Positions 29,099 through 39,166 of a stretch of 44,020 nt of DNA are shown here, one piece after another. The stretch comes from Patescibacteria group bacterium (lineage in GTDB: Bacteria > Patescibacteriota > Microgenomatia > Levybacterales > UBA12049). Positions within the stretch are counted from its first letter, which is position 1; each line of letters begins with the position of its first letter. The stretch is taken from positions 1 through 44,020 of the forward strand of contig DASVCQ010000047.1 of assembly GCA_036381535.1 (NCBI GenBank). Reading direction: 5' to 3'. Both the position numbers and the translations under genes were made by a program. The notes under the pieces were generated by a model. That model was not told the origin of the DNA. It ran no database searches and was given only the letters and a program-made list of their open reading frames with translations.

Positions 29099-32000
29099 AT
29101 GCCAAAGACGACCACACAAGACAATATTAGACAAAATTGGGGAAGAAGTTATTCTGTCGTACCTGAATTAGATCTTCTCTCAATTCAAAAGAAATCATAC
29201 CAATTATTTAGAGAAGAAGCTATTGGTGAAATTCTCCAAGAGATTTCTCCTGTTGAAGACTTCACAGAAAAAAATTGGCAACTTACTTTTGGGCATTATC
29301 GAATTGGTAAGCCTACCTATACTCCTGAGGAAGCAATGAATAAAGGAGTAACCTACGATGCCCCGCTTTATGTAGAAGCAACCCTCTTAAATAAAAAAAC
29401 CGGTGAGACCCAATCCCAAGAAATCTTTTTAGGAGACATTCCACAGATGACAGACAGAGGAACATTTGTTGTTAATGGAATTGAAAGAAGTGTCGTTAAT
29501 CAGCTTGTTAGAAGTCCTGGGGTCTTCTTTACAGCAACTGTAGATCCAGTAACAGGAAAACCATTATATACAGCAGAAGTGAGACCAGTACACGGAAGTT
29601 GGCTAGAGATTTCAACAACAAGACACGGGACAATGACTGTTAAAATTGACAGAAGACGAAAATTCCCAATCACAACTTTCCTGAGAGCAATTGGAATCGG
29701 GACAAATGATGAAATAAGAGAGAAATTTGCAGAATTAGTCGATAAAGAAGGATATATTGATAACACTCTTCAAAAAGATGATACAACTTCAGAGGCTGAG
29801 GCTATGATTGAGATCTTTAAGAAGATGCATCCTGGCGAGCCAGTAGTCTTGGAAAAGGTCCGTGAATCACTCCACGGGCTTTTCTTTAATAATAGAAGAT
29901 ATGATTTGGGTACAGTCGGCAGATATAAGATAAATAAAAAATTGGCTGATACAAAAGGGTTCCACTCATCTGAAGAAAGAGTTTTGTCTGTTGATGATGT
30001 TGTTGGATCAATTATTTATCTTATAAATCTTAGTCAAGGAAATGGTGTAGTTGATGATATTGATAGTCTTGCAAATAGACGTATAAGATCTGTTGGAGAA
30101 TTGGTTGCAACAACAGCTTTTCGTGTTGGAGTACTTAGACTTGAGAGAAGTATTAAGGAAAGAATGTCTCTTATGCAAACAGATGTTCCTTCAACAATTT
30201 CTAACCTTATTAATGCAAGACCAATAATGGCAGCCCTCAATGAATTCTTCCGCACCTCACAACTTTCCACAATCCTAGATCAGACTAACCCACTCGCTGA
30301 AGTAGACAACCTAAATCGTCTCACAGTTATGGGTACAGGTGGAATTTCAAGAGAAAGAGCAGCTTTCTCTATCCGTGATATTAATGCATCTCAATATAGT
30401 AGGGTATGTCCAATTAGAAGTCCTGAAGGACCAAATATCGGACTTGTTACTTATCTCTCTTTGTATACAAGAGTAAATCATTACGGATTTTTAGAAGCTC
30501 CATATAGAAAAGTTGTTGTTAAAAAAGAAGGAAAGAAGACAATAGTTACCGCAACAGATGAAGTTGTATATCTTGATGCAGAAGACGAACAAAAGCATTA
30601 CATTACACATGCAGGAGTACTTTCAAATGAAGAGATTGTAGCAGATAGAGTCCCAGCAAGATTTAGAGGAGAATTTATTGAAATTGAAAAAGAGAAAATT
30701 GAATATATAGATGTCACTCCACAGCAAGTTGTCGGCGCATCAGCAAGTCTTATTCCATTTGTTGCCCATGATGAAGCAAACCGTGCACTCATGGGAACCC
30801 ACATGCAATGTCAGGCAGTACCACTTATTAAGCCAGATAGTCCAATTGTTGGTACAGGAATGGAAGGAAAAATTTCAGAAGTTATGGGTCGTGTAGTTAA
30901 AGCTCCATTTGAAGGAAAAGTAACACATGCTGACTCAAGAAGTATTGTCCTTGAAGGCAAAAATGAAAAGCAAACCTTTACTCTTCAAGCATATCATAGG
31001 ACTGCAGCCACAACATCTTACACTCAACGCACAGTAGTTAAGGCAGGACAATTAGTTAAAAAAGGAGATATTTTAATTGATGGACCTGCATCCCAAAATG
31101 GAGAACTCGCTCTTGGACAAAATCTTCTTATTGCATATGCATCATTTGAAGGACTCGGATATGAAGACGCTATTGTTATTTCAGAAAGACTTGTTAAGGA
31201 AGATGTCCTCTCAAGTGTACATATCGAAAAATATGAAGCATCTGTTGTTGAGACAAAATTAGGACCTGAAGAAACAACAAGAGATATTCCAAATGTTAGT
31301 GAAGAAGATTTGGCTAATTTGGATGAGGACGGAATTGTTGTAATAGGATCTGAAGTAGGCCCTGGAGATATTTTAGTCGGAAAAATTGCTCCAAAAGGTG
31401 AAACAGAATTAACTGCTGAGGAAAGACTTCTTAGAGCAATCTTTGGAGAACAAGCCAGAGAAGTCCGCGATACATCACTTAGAATTCCACACGGCGAGCG
31501 TGGAACAGTTGTTGATGTTCAGATACTTGATAGGAAAAAAGGCGACGAATTAGAGCCAGGGACAATCAGAAAGATTCTCGTTGAGGTTGCACAATTCAGA
31601 CATGTAGTTGTTGGAGATAAGTTAGCAGGACGACACGGAAATAAAGGTGTTATCTCAAAGATTCTTCCAGCTGCAGACATGCCATATCTTGAAGATGGTA
31701 CACCTGTTGATATTGTTATTTCGCCAATTTCAGTGCTTGCTCGTATGAATTTGGGTCAGATTTTGGAAGCACATCTTGGATGGGCTGCACAGAAAATGAA
31801 TGTTAAAGTTGCAGCACCTGTTTTTGAGAAGATTGATGAATCAAGAATTACCGGACTTTTGAAAGAAGCCGGACTTCCTGAAGACGGAAAAGCAAAACTT
31901 TATGATGGTCGCACAGGTGAGCCATATGAAAATCCTGTTGTTGTAGGAATTGAATACGTTATGAAGCTTATCCACATGGTTGAGGATAAAGCCCATGCAA

Positions 32001-32506
32001 GAAGTACAGGACCTTATTCCCTTGTTACCCAGCAACCACTTGGAGGAAAAGCACAAATGGGAGGACAGAGACTTGGAGAAATGGAAGTTTGGGCTCTAGA
32101 ATCTCACCGTGCACAGCATATTTTACAGGAAATGCTTACTTACAAGTCAGACGATGTTGTTGGTCGTACAAAGGCATTTGAGGCAATCGTTAAGGGTACA
32201 GATATTCCAACACCAAGAGTACCTGAGTCATTCAAGGTTTTGGTAAAGGAATTACAAGCACTTGGACTTAAGATAGAGCCAGTTGAGGCAGAAGTAGTTG
32301 TAGATGAGGCCGTTGCACCAACCAGTGAGCCTACAGCAACAGATATTGTTAATGAAGAAGTACGCGAAGAGGCAAAAGAAATGGAAGAAGAATTAGGTGG
32401 AGAAGAAGTAGCCGATGAGACAAATGCAGAAGATGCAGGATTAGAGGTTGCAGAAAACGAAGAAATAGGAGAAAATACAAGTTCTGAGAAAGGAGAGACA
32501 GAATAA
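29099..32506 (+). CDS. rpoB: DNA-directed RNA polymerase subunit beta
   Basis: Full-length conserved beta subunit (GDIPQMTDRGTFVVNGIERSVVNQL; GRHGNKGVISKI; QPLGGKAQMGGQRLGEMEVWALE). First ATG at 29099; the track uses TTG at 29093. Confidence 0.97.
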   Translation: MPKTTTQDNIRQNWGRSYSVVPELDLLSIQKKSYQLFREEAIGEILQEISPVEDFTEKNWQLTFGHYRIGKPTYTPEEAMNKGVTYDAPLYVEATLLNKKTGETQSQEIFLGDIPQMTDRGTFVVNGIERSVVNQLVRSPGVFFTATVDPVTGKPLYTAEVRPVHGSWLEISTTRHGTMTVKIDRRRKFPITTFLRAIGIGTNDEIREKFAELVDKEGYIDNTLQKDDTTSEAEAMIEIFKKMHPGEPVVLEKVRESLHGLFFNNRRYDLGTVGRYKINKKLADTKGFHSSEERVLSVDDVVGSIIYLINLSQGNGVVDDIDSLANRRIRSVGELVATTAFRVGVLRLERSIKERMSLMQTDVPSTISNLINARPIMAALNEFFRTSQLSTILDQTNPLAEVDNLNRLTVMGTGGISRERAAFSIRDINASQYSRVCPIRSPEGPNIGLVTYLSLYTRVNHYGFLEAPYRKVVVKKEGKKTIVTATDEVVYLDAEDEQKHYITHAGVLSNEEIVADRVPARFRGEFIEIEKEKIEYIDVTPQQVVGASASLIPFVAHDEANRALMGTHMQCQAVPLIKPDSPIVGTGMEGKISEVMGRVVKAPFEGKVTHADSRSIVLEGKNEKQTFTLQAYHRTAATTSYTQRTVVKAGQLVKKGDILIDGPASQNGELALGQNLLIAYASFEGLGYEDAIVISERLVKEDVLSSVHIEKYEASVVETKLGPEETTRDIPNVSEEDLANLDEDGIVVIGSEVGPGDILVGKIAPKGETELTAEERLLRAIFGEQAREVRDTSLRIPHGERGTVVDVQILDRKKGDELEPGTIRKILVEVAQFRHVVVGDKLAGRHGNKGVISKILPAADMPYLEDGTPVDIVISPISVLARMNLGQILEAHLGWAAQKMNVKVAAPVFEKIDESRITGLLKEAGLPEDGKAKLYDGRTGEPYENPVVVGIEYVMKLIHMVEDKAHARSTGPYSLVTQQPLGGKAQMGGQRLGEMEVWALESHRAQHILQEMLTYKSDDVVGRTKAFEAIVKGTDIPTPRVPESFKVLVKELQALGLKIEPVEAEVVVDEAVAPTSEPTATDIVNEEVREEAKEMEEELGGEEVADETNAEDAGLEVAENEEIGENTSSEKGETE

Positions 32507-32522
32507 TTACTGATTAAATTAT

Positions 32523-35500
32523 ATGGATAATAGTCAAAAAGCTAAAAAATTAAAAGACGTAACAATTACAGACTTTAAAGCTCTCAAGATTTTACTTGCA
32601 AGTAAAGCAGATATAATGGATAGCTCTTTTGGAGAAGTGACCAAGCCTGAGACCATTAATTATCGTACCTTAAGACCTGAAAAAGACGGATTATTTGATG
32701 AGAGAATTTTTGGACCAACCAAAGATTGGGAATGTTACTGCGGAAAGTACAAAAGAATTAGATACAAAGGTATTATCTGCGATAAATGCGGAGTTGAAGT
32801 CACTCTTTCAAGGGTTAGACGTGAAAGAATGGGACACATTACACTTTGTGCACCTGTTAGCCATGTTTGGTTTTTCAAAGGAGCATCAAGTCCACTCTCT
32901 TCATTCCTAGATGTTTCTCAGAAGAGTCTTGAGTCAGTTATCTACTATGCATCACATTTAGTAGTTGGAATTGATGAAGAGAAAAAGAAAGAAGCACTTG
33001 AGGTTCTCGGTAAAAATATAGAAGCAAGAAAAGAAACCTTGCTTAAGGAAAAAGAAGAAGAAGAAAAGAAAATCTCAGAAGATGCAGATGGCAAGAATCA
33101 AGATGCAGACAAGATGAAGGCAGAGCAGAAAAAGCTTATTGGTCAAGAGTTAGAACTCATGAAGCGCCAAAAGCTTGCAAGATTAAATGAAAGATTTAGT
33201 GAGGAAAGTAAAAAAGTAGAAGAAATTGCTACAGCTCTTGGTAATTTACTAAAGAGTCTTAAAGTATCCTCTGTCCTATCTGAAGACGAATACTTCAAGC
33301 TTTTGGAATATGACATCCCTGTCTTCTTTACTATGAAAACAGGTGCTGAAGCAATTCTAGACCTCATGAAAGATGTTAATTTGGATAATATGATTTCTGA
33401 ATTAAGGAAAGAACTTGAGAAAGCATCAGCACAAAGATACCTAAAACTTATTAAAAGACTAAGGCTTATTGAGAATATGAAAAAAGCTGGCGTTGATGCA
33501 CGCGCAATGGTTATGACAGTGCTTCCTGTTATCCCACCAGATCTTCGACCTATGGTTCAGCTTGCCGGAGGAAGGTTTGCAACCTCAGATTTGAATGATT
33601 TGTACAGAAGAGTAATCAATAGAAATAATCGTCTTAAACACTTAATGAGTCTTGGTGCACCTGAAATTATTCTTAGAAATGAAAAAAGAATGCTTCAGGA
33701 GTCAGTAGATGCCTTAATTGATGCATCTCAAAGAACAAGTCAAGTCGTTGCTTCACCATTGAGATCTCTCTCAGATATGCTTCGTGGTAAACAAGGTCGT
33801 TTTAGACAAAACCTTTTGGGTAAAAGAGTAGACTATTCAGGAAGATCTGTTATTGTTGTTGGTCCAGATCTTAAGCTATCTGAGTGCGGACTTCCAAAAG
33901 AAATGGCACTTGAGATGTTTAAGCCTTTTGTTCTCCGTGAAGTAATTGTTAGAGGATTTGCACCAAATATTAAGAGTGCAAAGAGATTCATTGAAAAACG
34001 CCCACCAGAAGTTTTTGATATTCTTGAGGAAATTACCAAAAACCATCCGGTTTTGCTTAACCGTGCACCAACACTTCACAAGCTTGGTATTCAGGCTTTC
34101 TACCCAAGACTTATTGAAGGATCAGCGATTGCACTTCATCCATGCGTATGTTCTGGATACAATGCAGACTTTGACGGCGATCAGATGGCTGTACATATTC
34201 CGCTTTCTAAAAAAGCACAAAAAGAAGCTATTGAGCTTATGATGCCTAGACACAATTTACTCAAGCCTGCAGACGGCTCACCAATCACTCTTCCAAATAA
34301 GGAAATGGCTTTGGGAATTTATTACTTAACTTCACTTGATAACACACTAAAACGTGAAGATTTGCCTGCATTTGCAAATACAAATGAAGCACTTCTTGCT
34401 TTTACGCTCAAAAAAGTAACTTTAAGACAGCCAATTTTGGTCCGCGTACAAAATGGGAACAAAATGGAAACCCTTGAAACTTCTGTTGGAAGACTTAAAT
34501 TTAATGAAATCCTTCTTCCAGGTATGAATTATATGAATGATGCAATTAAAGCATCAGGAATTAAAAAGATCGTAACCGCAGCACTTTTAGTCTATACAGC
34601 AGATGAGGTTGCAGATCTTATTGATAGTATCAAAGCTCTAGGATTTTACGGATCTACCCAATCAGGTATTTCGGTTTCTGTATTTGATAACGAAATGGTT
34701 GATGGCAAGAATCAAATGATTGAGAGTGGAGAGAAAAAGGTAACTCAAATTAATGAAGAATATCAGCAGGGTCTTATTACTCTTGAGGAAAAGAAGAGGC
34801 TTCAAAATGATGTATGGCTTAAAGTAACTGAAGAGATGGCTGAAAAGACATGGAATAACATGAAGGAAACCAATGTTATTCGTACAATTATTAATTCAGA
34901 AGGAGCTCGTGCAGGAAAAGAACAGCTCAAACAGCTTTCTGCTATGCGCGGACTTATTCTTGATCCACTCGGAAAAATCGTTGAATTGCCAATTAAATCT
35001 AACTTTAGAGAAGGTCTTTCAATCTTTGAGTATGTTGCATCAGCAAGAGGATCAAGAAAAGGACTTACAGACTCTGCTCTTAAGACAGCAAACGCAGGAT
35101 ACTTAACAAGAAGACTTGTTGATGTGTCACATGATGTAATAATCCATGATGAAGATTGTGGAGCAGTAGAGGGAATAACAATTTTGGCAAAAGACGGTGA
35201 ACGTACAGCTTCTCTTGCAGATAGAATTATCGGAAGATATGCTAGAGCTAAAGTTGTTGCAGACAGAAAGACTTTAATTGATGAAAATGAGCTTATTACT
35301 CCAGAGATAGCTAAAGAAATAATGGATGCTGGCGTTGAAGAAGTACTTGTTAGATCTCCCTTAACATGTAAATTGTCTTCAGGACTTTGCAAAAAATGTT
35401 ATGGATGGGACTTCTCAACAAAGCTTGTTGTAAATACAGGTGTCCCAGTTGGGGTTGTTGCAGCACAGTCAATTGGAGAGCCTGGTACACAGCTTACCAT

Positions 35501-36311
35501 GCGTGTCAGACATTTCGGAGGAGTTGTTATGAGCGACGTTACCCAGGGCTTGCCAAGAGTTGAAGAACTTTTTGAAATGAGAACTCCAAAGAATCTTTCA
35601 CCGGTTGCTGAAATTTCCGGAAAAGTAGATATTGAGACAACAGATGATGGATACAAGATAATTATTAAAAATACTTCAATGAAGCCTGTTGAAGTACAGG
35701 AATACTTTGTTCCATTAGCATCAGATCTTGCTGTTAAAGATGGTCAATCAATCGCAGCAGGAACACCACTTGCAGCAGGATACTTAGATCCTAAAGAGAT
35801 TATTAAAGTAAAGGGAATCAGAGCAGGACAACAATATATCTTGTCTGAAGCACAGAAAGTTTATGAATCACAGGGTATCGCAATTAACGACAAGCACTTT
35901 GAAATAGTCATTAGAAAGATGTCTGACAAAGTAGTTGTTGAAACTGTTGGAGATACACCACTTATTCCTGGTGACTTTATTACCCAAAATAGATTTGAGG
36001 AAGTAAATGCAGAGACTCTTTCTCAAGGTGGAGAACCTGCAACAGCAAGACAAATCATCTTGGGTGTTACCAAAGCAGCACTCTTTTCAGACAGTTGGCT
36101 CTCAGCAGCATCATTCCAGGAAACAACTAAAGTCTTAACAGATGCAGCACTTGAAGGTCGTGAGGACAAGCTTACAGGTCTTAAGGAAAACGTTATTATC
36201 GGGCGTCTTATTCCAGTTGAAGGGCTTAATTTTGATGAAGAGACTACTGAAGCTCCTGAAATGGGCCTTGAGGCTAAAGAGGTTGAAGAGAGAACCGTAG
36301 TTGAGGTATAA
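32523..36311 (+). CDS. rpoC: DNA-directed RNA polymerase subunit beta'
   Basis: Zn-finger CYCGKYKRIRYKGIICDKCGVEV, catalytic NADFDGDQMAVH, trigger loop and bridge helix blocks. Confidence 0.97.
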   Translation: MDNSQKAKKLKDVTITDFKALKILLASKADIMDSSFGEVTKPETINYRTLRPEKDGLFDERIFGPTKDWECYCGKYKRIRYKGIICDKCGVEVTLSRVRRERMGHITLCAPVSHVWFFKGASSPLSSFLDVSQKSLESVIYYASHLVVGIDEEKKKEALEVLGKNIEARKETLLKEKEEEEKKISEDADGKNQDADKMKAEQKKLIGQELELMKRQKLARLNERFSEESKKVEEIATALGNLLKSLKVSSVLSEDEYFKLLEYDIPVFFTMKTGAEAILDLMKDVNLDNMISELRKELEKASAQRYLKLIKRLRLIENMKKAGVDARAMVMTVLPVIPPDLRPMVQLAGGRFATSDLNDLYRRVINRNNRLKHLMSLGAPEIILRNEKRMLQESVDALIDASQRTSQVVASPLRSLSDMLRGKQGRFRQNLLGKRVDYSGRSVIVVGPDLKLSECGLPKEMALEMFKPFVLREVIVRGFAPNIKSAKRFIEKRPPEVFDILEEITKNHPVLLNRAPTLHKLGIQAFYPRLIEGSAIALHPCVCSGYNADFDGDQMAVHIPLSKKAQKEAIELMMPRHNLLKPADGSPITLPNKEMALGIYYLTSLDNTLKREDLPAFANTNEALLAFTLKKVTLRQPILVRVQNGNKMETLETSVGRLKFNEILLPGMNYMNDAIKASGIKKIVTAALLVYTADEVADLIDSIKALGFYGSTQSGISVSVFDNEMVDGKNQMIESGEKKVTQINEEYQQGLITLEEKKRLQNDVWLKVTEEMAEKTWNNMKETNVIRTIINSEGARAGKEQLKQLSAMRGLILDPLGKIVELPIKSNFREGLSIFEYVASARGSRKGLTDSALKTANAGYLTRRLVDVSHDVIIHDEDCGAVEGITILAKDGERTASLADRIIGRYARAKVVADRKTLIDENELITPEIAKEIMDAGVEEVLVRSPLTCKLSSGLCKKCYGWDFSTKLVVNTGVPVGVVAAQSIGEPGTQLTMRVRHFGGVVMSDVTQGLPRVEELFEMRTPKNLSPVAEISGKVDIETTDDGYKIIIKNTSMKPVEVQEYFVPLASDLAVKDGQSIAAGTPLAAGYLDPKEIIKVKGIRAGQQYILSEAQKVYESQGIAINDKHFEIVIRKMSDKVVVETVGDTPLIPGDFITQNRFEEVNAETLSQGGEPATARQIILGVTKAALFSDSWLSAASFQETTKVLTDAALEGREDKLTGLKENVIIGRLIPVEGLNFDEETTEAPEMGLEAKEVEERTVVEV

Positions 36312-36319
36312 TACAACAA

Positions 36320-36393
36320 CAATTTTCAGTTTTCAATTTACAATTTCCAAACAACAAGGAAATTTCATTTTGAAAATTGAAAATTAAAAATTG
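36320..36393. repeat. AT-rich imperfect palindrome with the same CAATTTTCA / TGAAAATTG motif (rpoC-rpsL)
   Basis: Left arm 36320-36348, right arm 36358-36393. 18 of the first 20 positions are complementary. Confidence 0.65.
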
Positions 36394-36399
36394 TAAAAT
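36370..36399 (+). promoter_or_regulatory. Possible rpsL promoter TTGAAA-18-TAAAAT inside the right arm of an AT-rich palindrome
   Basis: Hexamers at 36370-36375 and 36394-36399. The ATG is 8 nt downstream. Confidence 0.3.
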
Positions 36400-36407
36400 T
36401 AAAAAAT

Positions 36408-36833
36408 ATGCCAACATTATCACAATTAGTTAAAAAAGGAAGATCAAGGAAAATAAAGAAGGTTAAAGCAACCGGTCTTCGTCGTTCTTATAATGCAAAG
36501 GACAGAATTTATAAAGAGACTGCATCTCCTCAAAAAAGAGGAGTTGTTACATTGGTTAAGACAATGACTCCTAAAAAACCTAATTCAGCACTTAGAAAAG
36601 TTGCCAGAGTTAAGCTTTCTAATCGTACAGAAGTTACAGCCTATATCCAGGGAGTTGGTCATTCACTGGCCGAACATGGTATTGTTTTGGTTCGCGGCGG
36701 ACGTGTAAAAGACTTACCAGGAGTTAAATATCATATTGTTCGCGGAAAATTTGATTTACAAGGTGTACAAGGAAGAATGACTTCAAGAAGTAAATATGGA
36801 GCCAAAAAACCACAGAAGGGAGCAGCAAAATAA
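36408..36833 (+). CDS. rpsL: 30S ribosomal protein S12
   Basis: [12 protein letters not shown]... [18 protein letters not shown]... [19 protein letters not shown]. Confidence 0.97.
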   Translation: MPTLSQLVKKGRSRKIKKVKATGLRRSYNAKDRIYKETASPQKRGVVTLVKTMTPKKPNSALRKVARVKLSNRTEVTAYIQGVGHSLAEHGIVLVRGGRVKDLPGVKYHIVRGKFDLQGVQGRMTSRSKYGAKKPQKGAAK

Positions 36834-36901
36834 GTTTGTAATTTAGAAAATTCATAAAGTTATAAAGTAGAGAAAGGAATCACTTTATAAACATTACAAA
36901 C
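36834..36901 (+). promoter_or_regulatory. Two-stem structure in the rpsL-rpsG intercistronic region (candidate S7 translational operator)
   Basis: GTTTGTAAT (36834-36842) pairs perfectly with ATTACAAAC (36893-36901). TTATAAAGT (36860-36868) pairs perfectly with ACTTTATAA (36882-36890). Confidence 0.4.
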
Positions 36902-36917
36902 GTTATATCAAAGAAAT

Positions 36918-37391
36918 ATGAGACACGCAAAGATAACAAAAAGAACAGTAGTTCCGGATCAAATTTATAACAGTCCTTTGGTTGCTAAATTTATTAATAA
37001 CGTCATGAAAGACGGCAAAAAAACAGTCGCACAAAAATTAGTCTACGGAGCATTTGATTTGCTTAAAGAAAAGGGCCAAGACCCACTTGAGACATTCCAG
37101 AAAGTACTAGAGACAGTTGCTCCAAAAGTAGAAATTAAAGCACGAAGAATTGGTGGAGCGAATTATCAGGTTCCGGTTGAGGTAAAGGGAGAGAGAAAAA
37201 TGACAGTTGCTATGAGATGGCTTATTGAGGCAGCAACAGGAAGACCAAATAAAGAATATCATACCTTCTCAGAGAAATTGGTTGCTGAATTTATGGATAT
37301 TTTGGAAGGTAAAGGCGAAGCAATCAAAAAGCGTGATAATACACATAGACAGGCTGACGCAAATAAAGCCTTCGCTCACTTCAGGTGGTAA
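36918..37391 (+). CDS. rpsG: 30S ribosomal protein S7
   Basis: DGKKTVAQKLVYGAFD... RRIGGANYQVPVEV... ANKAFAHFRW. Confidence 0.97.
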   Translation: MRHAKITKRTVVPDQIYNSPLVAKFINNVMKDGKKTVAQKLVYGAFDLLKEKGQDPLETFQKVLETVAPKVEIKARRIGGANYQVPVEVKGERKMTVAMRWLIEAATGRPNKEYHTFSEKLVAEFMDILEGKGEAIKKRDNTHRQADANKAFAHFRW

Positions 37392-37426
37392 ATTAGTATT
37401 AAGTATTTAGTATAGAGTATTAAGCT
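37392..37426. repeat. Five tandem heptamers ATTAGTA TTAAGTA TTTAGTA TAGAGTA TTAAGCT
   Basis: Directly follows the rpsG stop. Shares the TTTAGTA, TTAAGTA and TAGAGTA units with 19245-19282. Confidence 0.75.
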
Positions 37427-37427
37427 A

Positions 37428-37451
37428 ATCTCCTAAAAAGGGGATTTTTTT
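37428..37451 (+). terminator. Weak intrinsic terminator after rpsG
   Basis: ATCTCC / GGGGAT 6-bp stem (one G-U pair), 6-nt loop, 7-T tract. Confidence 0.4.
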
Positions 37452-37731
37452 ATTGTCTTTCGCGGCGGGTGGTAATATCTATTACCGGAGCTTTTGGTCT
37501 TTCTTCTTGAGACCTGGGTGGAGTTACTGGCTTTTCTTCTCTTTTTTCAAATCTGACAACATAAATGTCGCCTTCCGGCCCTAAATAGTCTTCCCTTAAT
37601 TGTTCGGTTTTGGGGTCAAATTTTCCTTTATTTGCCTTTAAAAGAGTATTGGCTGCCTTTCCTTCTTCTTTATCTTCTGCAGGAGAGATTGCTGCGATAA
37701 CCTTTCTTTGTGGTTTGTCAGTCTCTGTCAT
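37450..37731 (-). CDS. Hypothetical charged small protein (93 aa)
   Basis: ORF with TGtTATAAT 6 nt upstream of the ATG (minus strand). No family recognised. Confidence 0.4.
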   Translation of the reverse strand: MTETDKPQRKVIAAISPAEDKEEGKAANTLLKANKGKFDPKTEQLREDYLGPEGDIYVVRFEKREEKPVTPPRSQEERPKAPVIDITTRRERQ

Positions 37732-37737
37732 TTTATA

Positions 37738-37746
37738 ATTATAACA
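37738..37746 (-). promoter_or_regulatory. Extended -10 promoter TGtTATAAT, 6 nt before the ATG at 37731
   Basis: Minus-strand reading of 37738-37746. Confidence 0.5.
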
Positions 37747-37811
37747 AAAGAAGAGGAAAATTTGAAGGCTTTACAAGATATAGAAATATTGATAGTCTAA
37801 ATTTAGAAAAT

Positions 37812-38045
37812 ATGAAGGCAGACCACGCAGTAGTTGAATATTATTTCCAAAAACATAGACTTTATGATGTACGGGAGAGTGGAGGTACAGGCTCAAATGA
37901 GGAAGCTAGAGTAAGAAGGAGAATCCGCAGGTTAAGAGACCACCTAAAAGAAGATGGAGGAGAAGAATTAACCAGGATTTTGGACTCTAGTATTCAAAAA
38001 GAAAGAGCGGAGTTAAGAGTAATTCAAGGAGATTTTGAAATTTAA
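37812..38045 (+). CDS. Hypothetical Arg-rich small protein (77 aa)
   Basis: First ATG of the track ORF 37710..38045 (MKADHAVVEYYF...). The upstream part starts at GTG inside the divergent promoter region. Confidence 0.3.
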   Translation: MKADHAVVEYYFQKHRLYDVRESGGTGSNEEARVRRRIRRLRDHLKEDGGEELTRILDSSIQKERAELRVIQGDFEI

Positions 38046-38048
38046 CTT

Positions 38049-38057
38049 TGCTATAAT
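38049..38057 (+). promoter_or_regulatory. Extended -10 promoter TGcTATAAT upstream of the CNNM-family gene
   Basis: TG at 38049-38050, TATAAT at 38052-38057. The ATG is 14 nt downstream. Confidence 0.45.
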
Positions 38058-38071
38058 AAAATTACTTCTCA

Positions 38072-39124
38072 ATGGATATACTTCTTCAATTTTTTCTTAT
38101 CGCTTTTTTTATATCTTTAAATGGTTTTTTTGTTCTCTGTGAATTTTCTCTGGTAAGTGTCAGAAAAACACGCATGGAAGAATTAGCAAGCAGTGGGAAT
38201 AGAAGAGCAAAAATGGTTATCTATGCAATAAATAACCTTTCAACCTATCTATCAGCAACTCAATTTGGAATAACTCTTGCTTCTCTTGCTTTGGGTTGGC
38301 TCGGCGAGCCTACTTTGGCGCGTTTTTTTGCTTCATTATTTGAATCTAGTCTGCCTGGCCATATACTTTTTCTCTCGTCTCATATAATTGCGATTGCCGT
38401 TGCTTTTGCTGCTATTACATTTCTTCAGATAATTTTTGGCGAGCTTGCCCCCAAAACAACTGCTCTTCAAAATCCTGAAAAGTTAGTATTCATTGTTATT
38501 GTTCCTCTTATGGCATTTACTGCAATCTTCAAACCCTTTGTTTGGTTTTTAAAAATTGCTGCGACAGGCTTACTTAGACTTTTTGGAATATCCTCCAAAA
38601 CAAAAAATAGGATACATAGTGAGGAGGAAATAAAACTTATTCTCTCCCAAAGTGCAAAGATGGGAGAAATAGATCAACATGAAGCGGATATTATTTACAG
38701 AGTGTTTAAAATTGGAGATCTGCCTATTTCGACGATTATGGTGCCGAAAAAAGAAGTAATTGCATTCTCAAAAGATACCGGAGTATGGAAGATAGCAAAG
38801 GATATTACTGAAGATACTCTTCATACACGTTTTCCGATTTTTAACGGAAATCTAGATACAGTAGTTGGTTATGTATCTGTTACCGATATGTATGTTTTTT
38901 CCAAAACACTCAAAGAAGATATTCCGGTTGAAAAAACAGATTTAATTCGCAAAACACTCCATATACATGAAAATAAAAGAATAGATGATGTACTAACACT
39001 AATGAAGCAAACAGGCGTGCACTTGGGAATTGTCGTTGATTCCCATGACAAGACAAAAGGAATTGTTAGCATAGAAGACATAATAGAGAGTTTGGTTGGA
39101 GAATTAAAAGAGCAAGAAGGATAA
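38072..39124 (+). CDS. CNNM/TlyC-family transporter-like protein (DUF21 + CBS pair, no CorC_HlyC domain)
   Basis: DUF21 membrane domain (FFVLCEFSLVSVRKTRMEELASSGNRRAK) followed by a tandem CBS region. 350 aa. Confidence 0.85.
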   Translation: MDILLQFFLIAFFISLNGFFVLCEFSLVSVRKTRMEELASSGNRRAKMVIYAINNLSTYLSATQFGITLASLALGWLGEPTLARFFASLFESSLPGHILFLSSHIIAIAVAFAAITFLQIIFGELAPKTTALQNPEKLVFIVIVPLMAFTAIFKPFVWFLKIAATGLLRLFGISSKTKNRIHSEEEIKLILSQSAKMGEIDQHEADIIYRVFKIGDLPISTIMVPKKEVIAFSKDTGVWKIAKDITEDTLHTRFPIFNGNLDTVVGYVSVTDMYVFSKTLKEDIPVEKTDLIRKTLHIHENKRIDDVLTLMKQTGVHLGIVVDSHDKTKGIVSIEDIIESLVGELKEQEG

Positions 39125-39166
39125 AAATAAAAGTATTGGATGCGACAAAAGCATCAAATGAGACAT

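Noticed and set aside
31968-31976. A perfect DnaA box (TTATCCACA).
   Set aside because: It is a single copy inside the conserved rpoB coding sequence (KLIHMVED), with no clustered boxes or AT-rich unwinding element nearby. It is not an origin.
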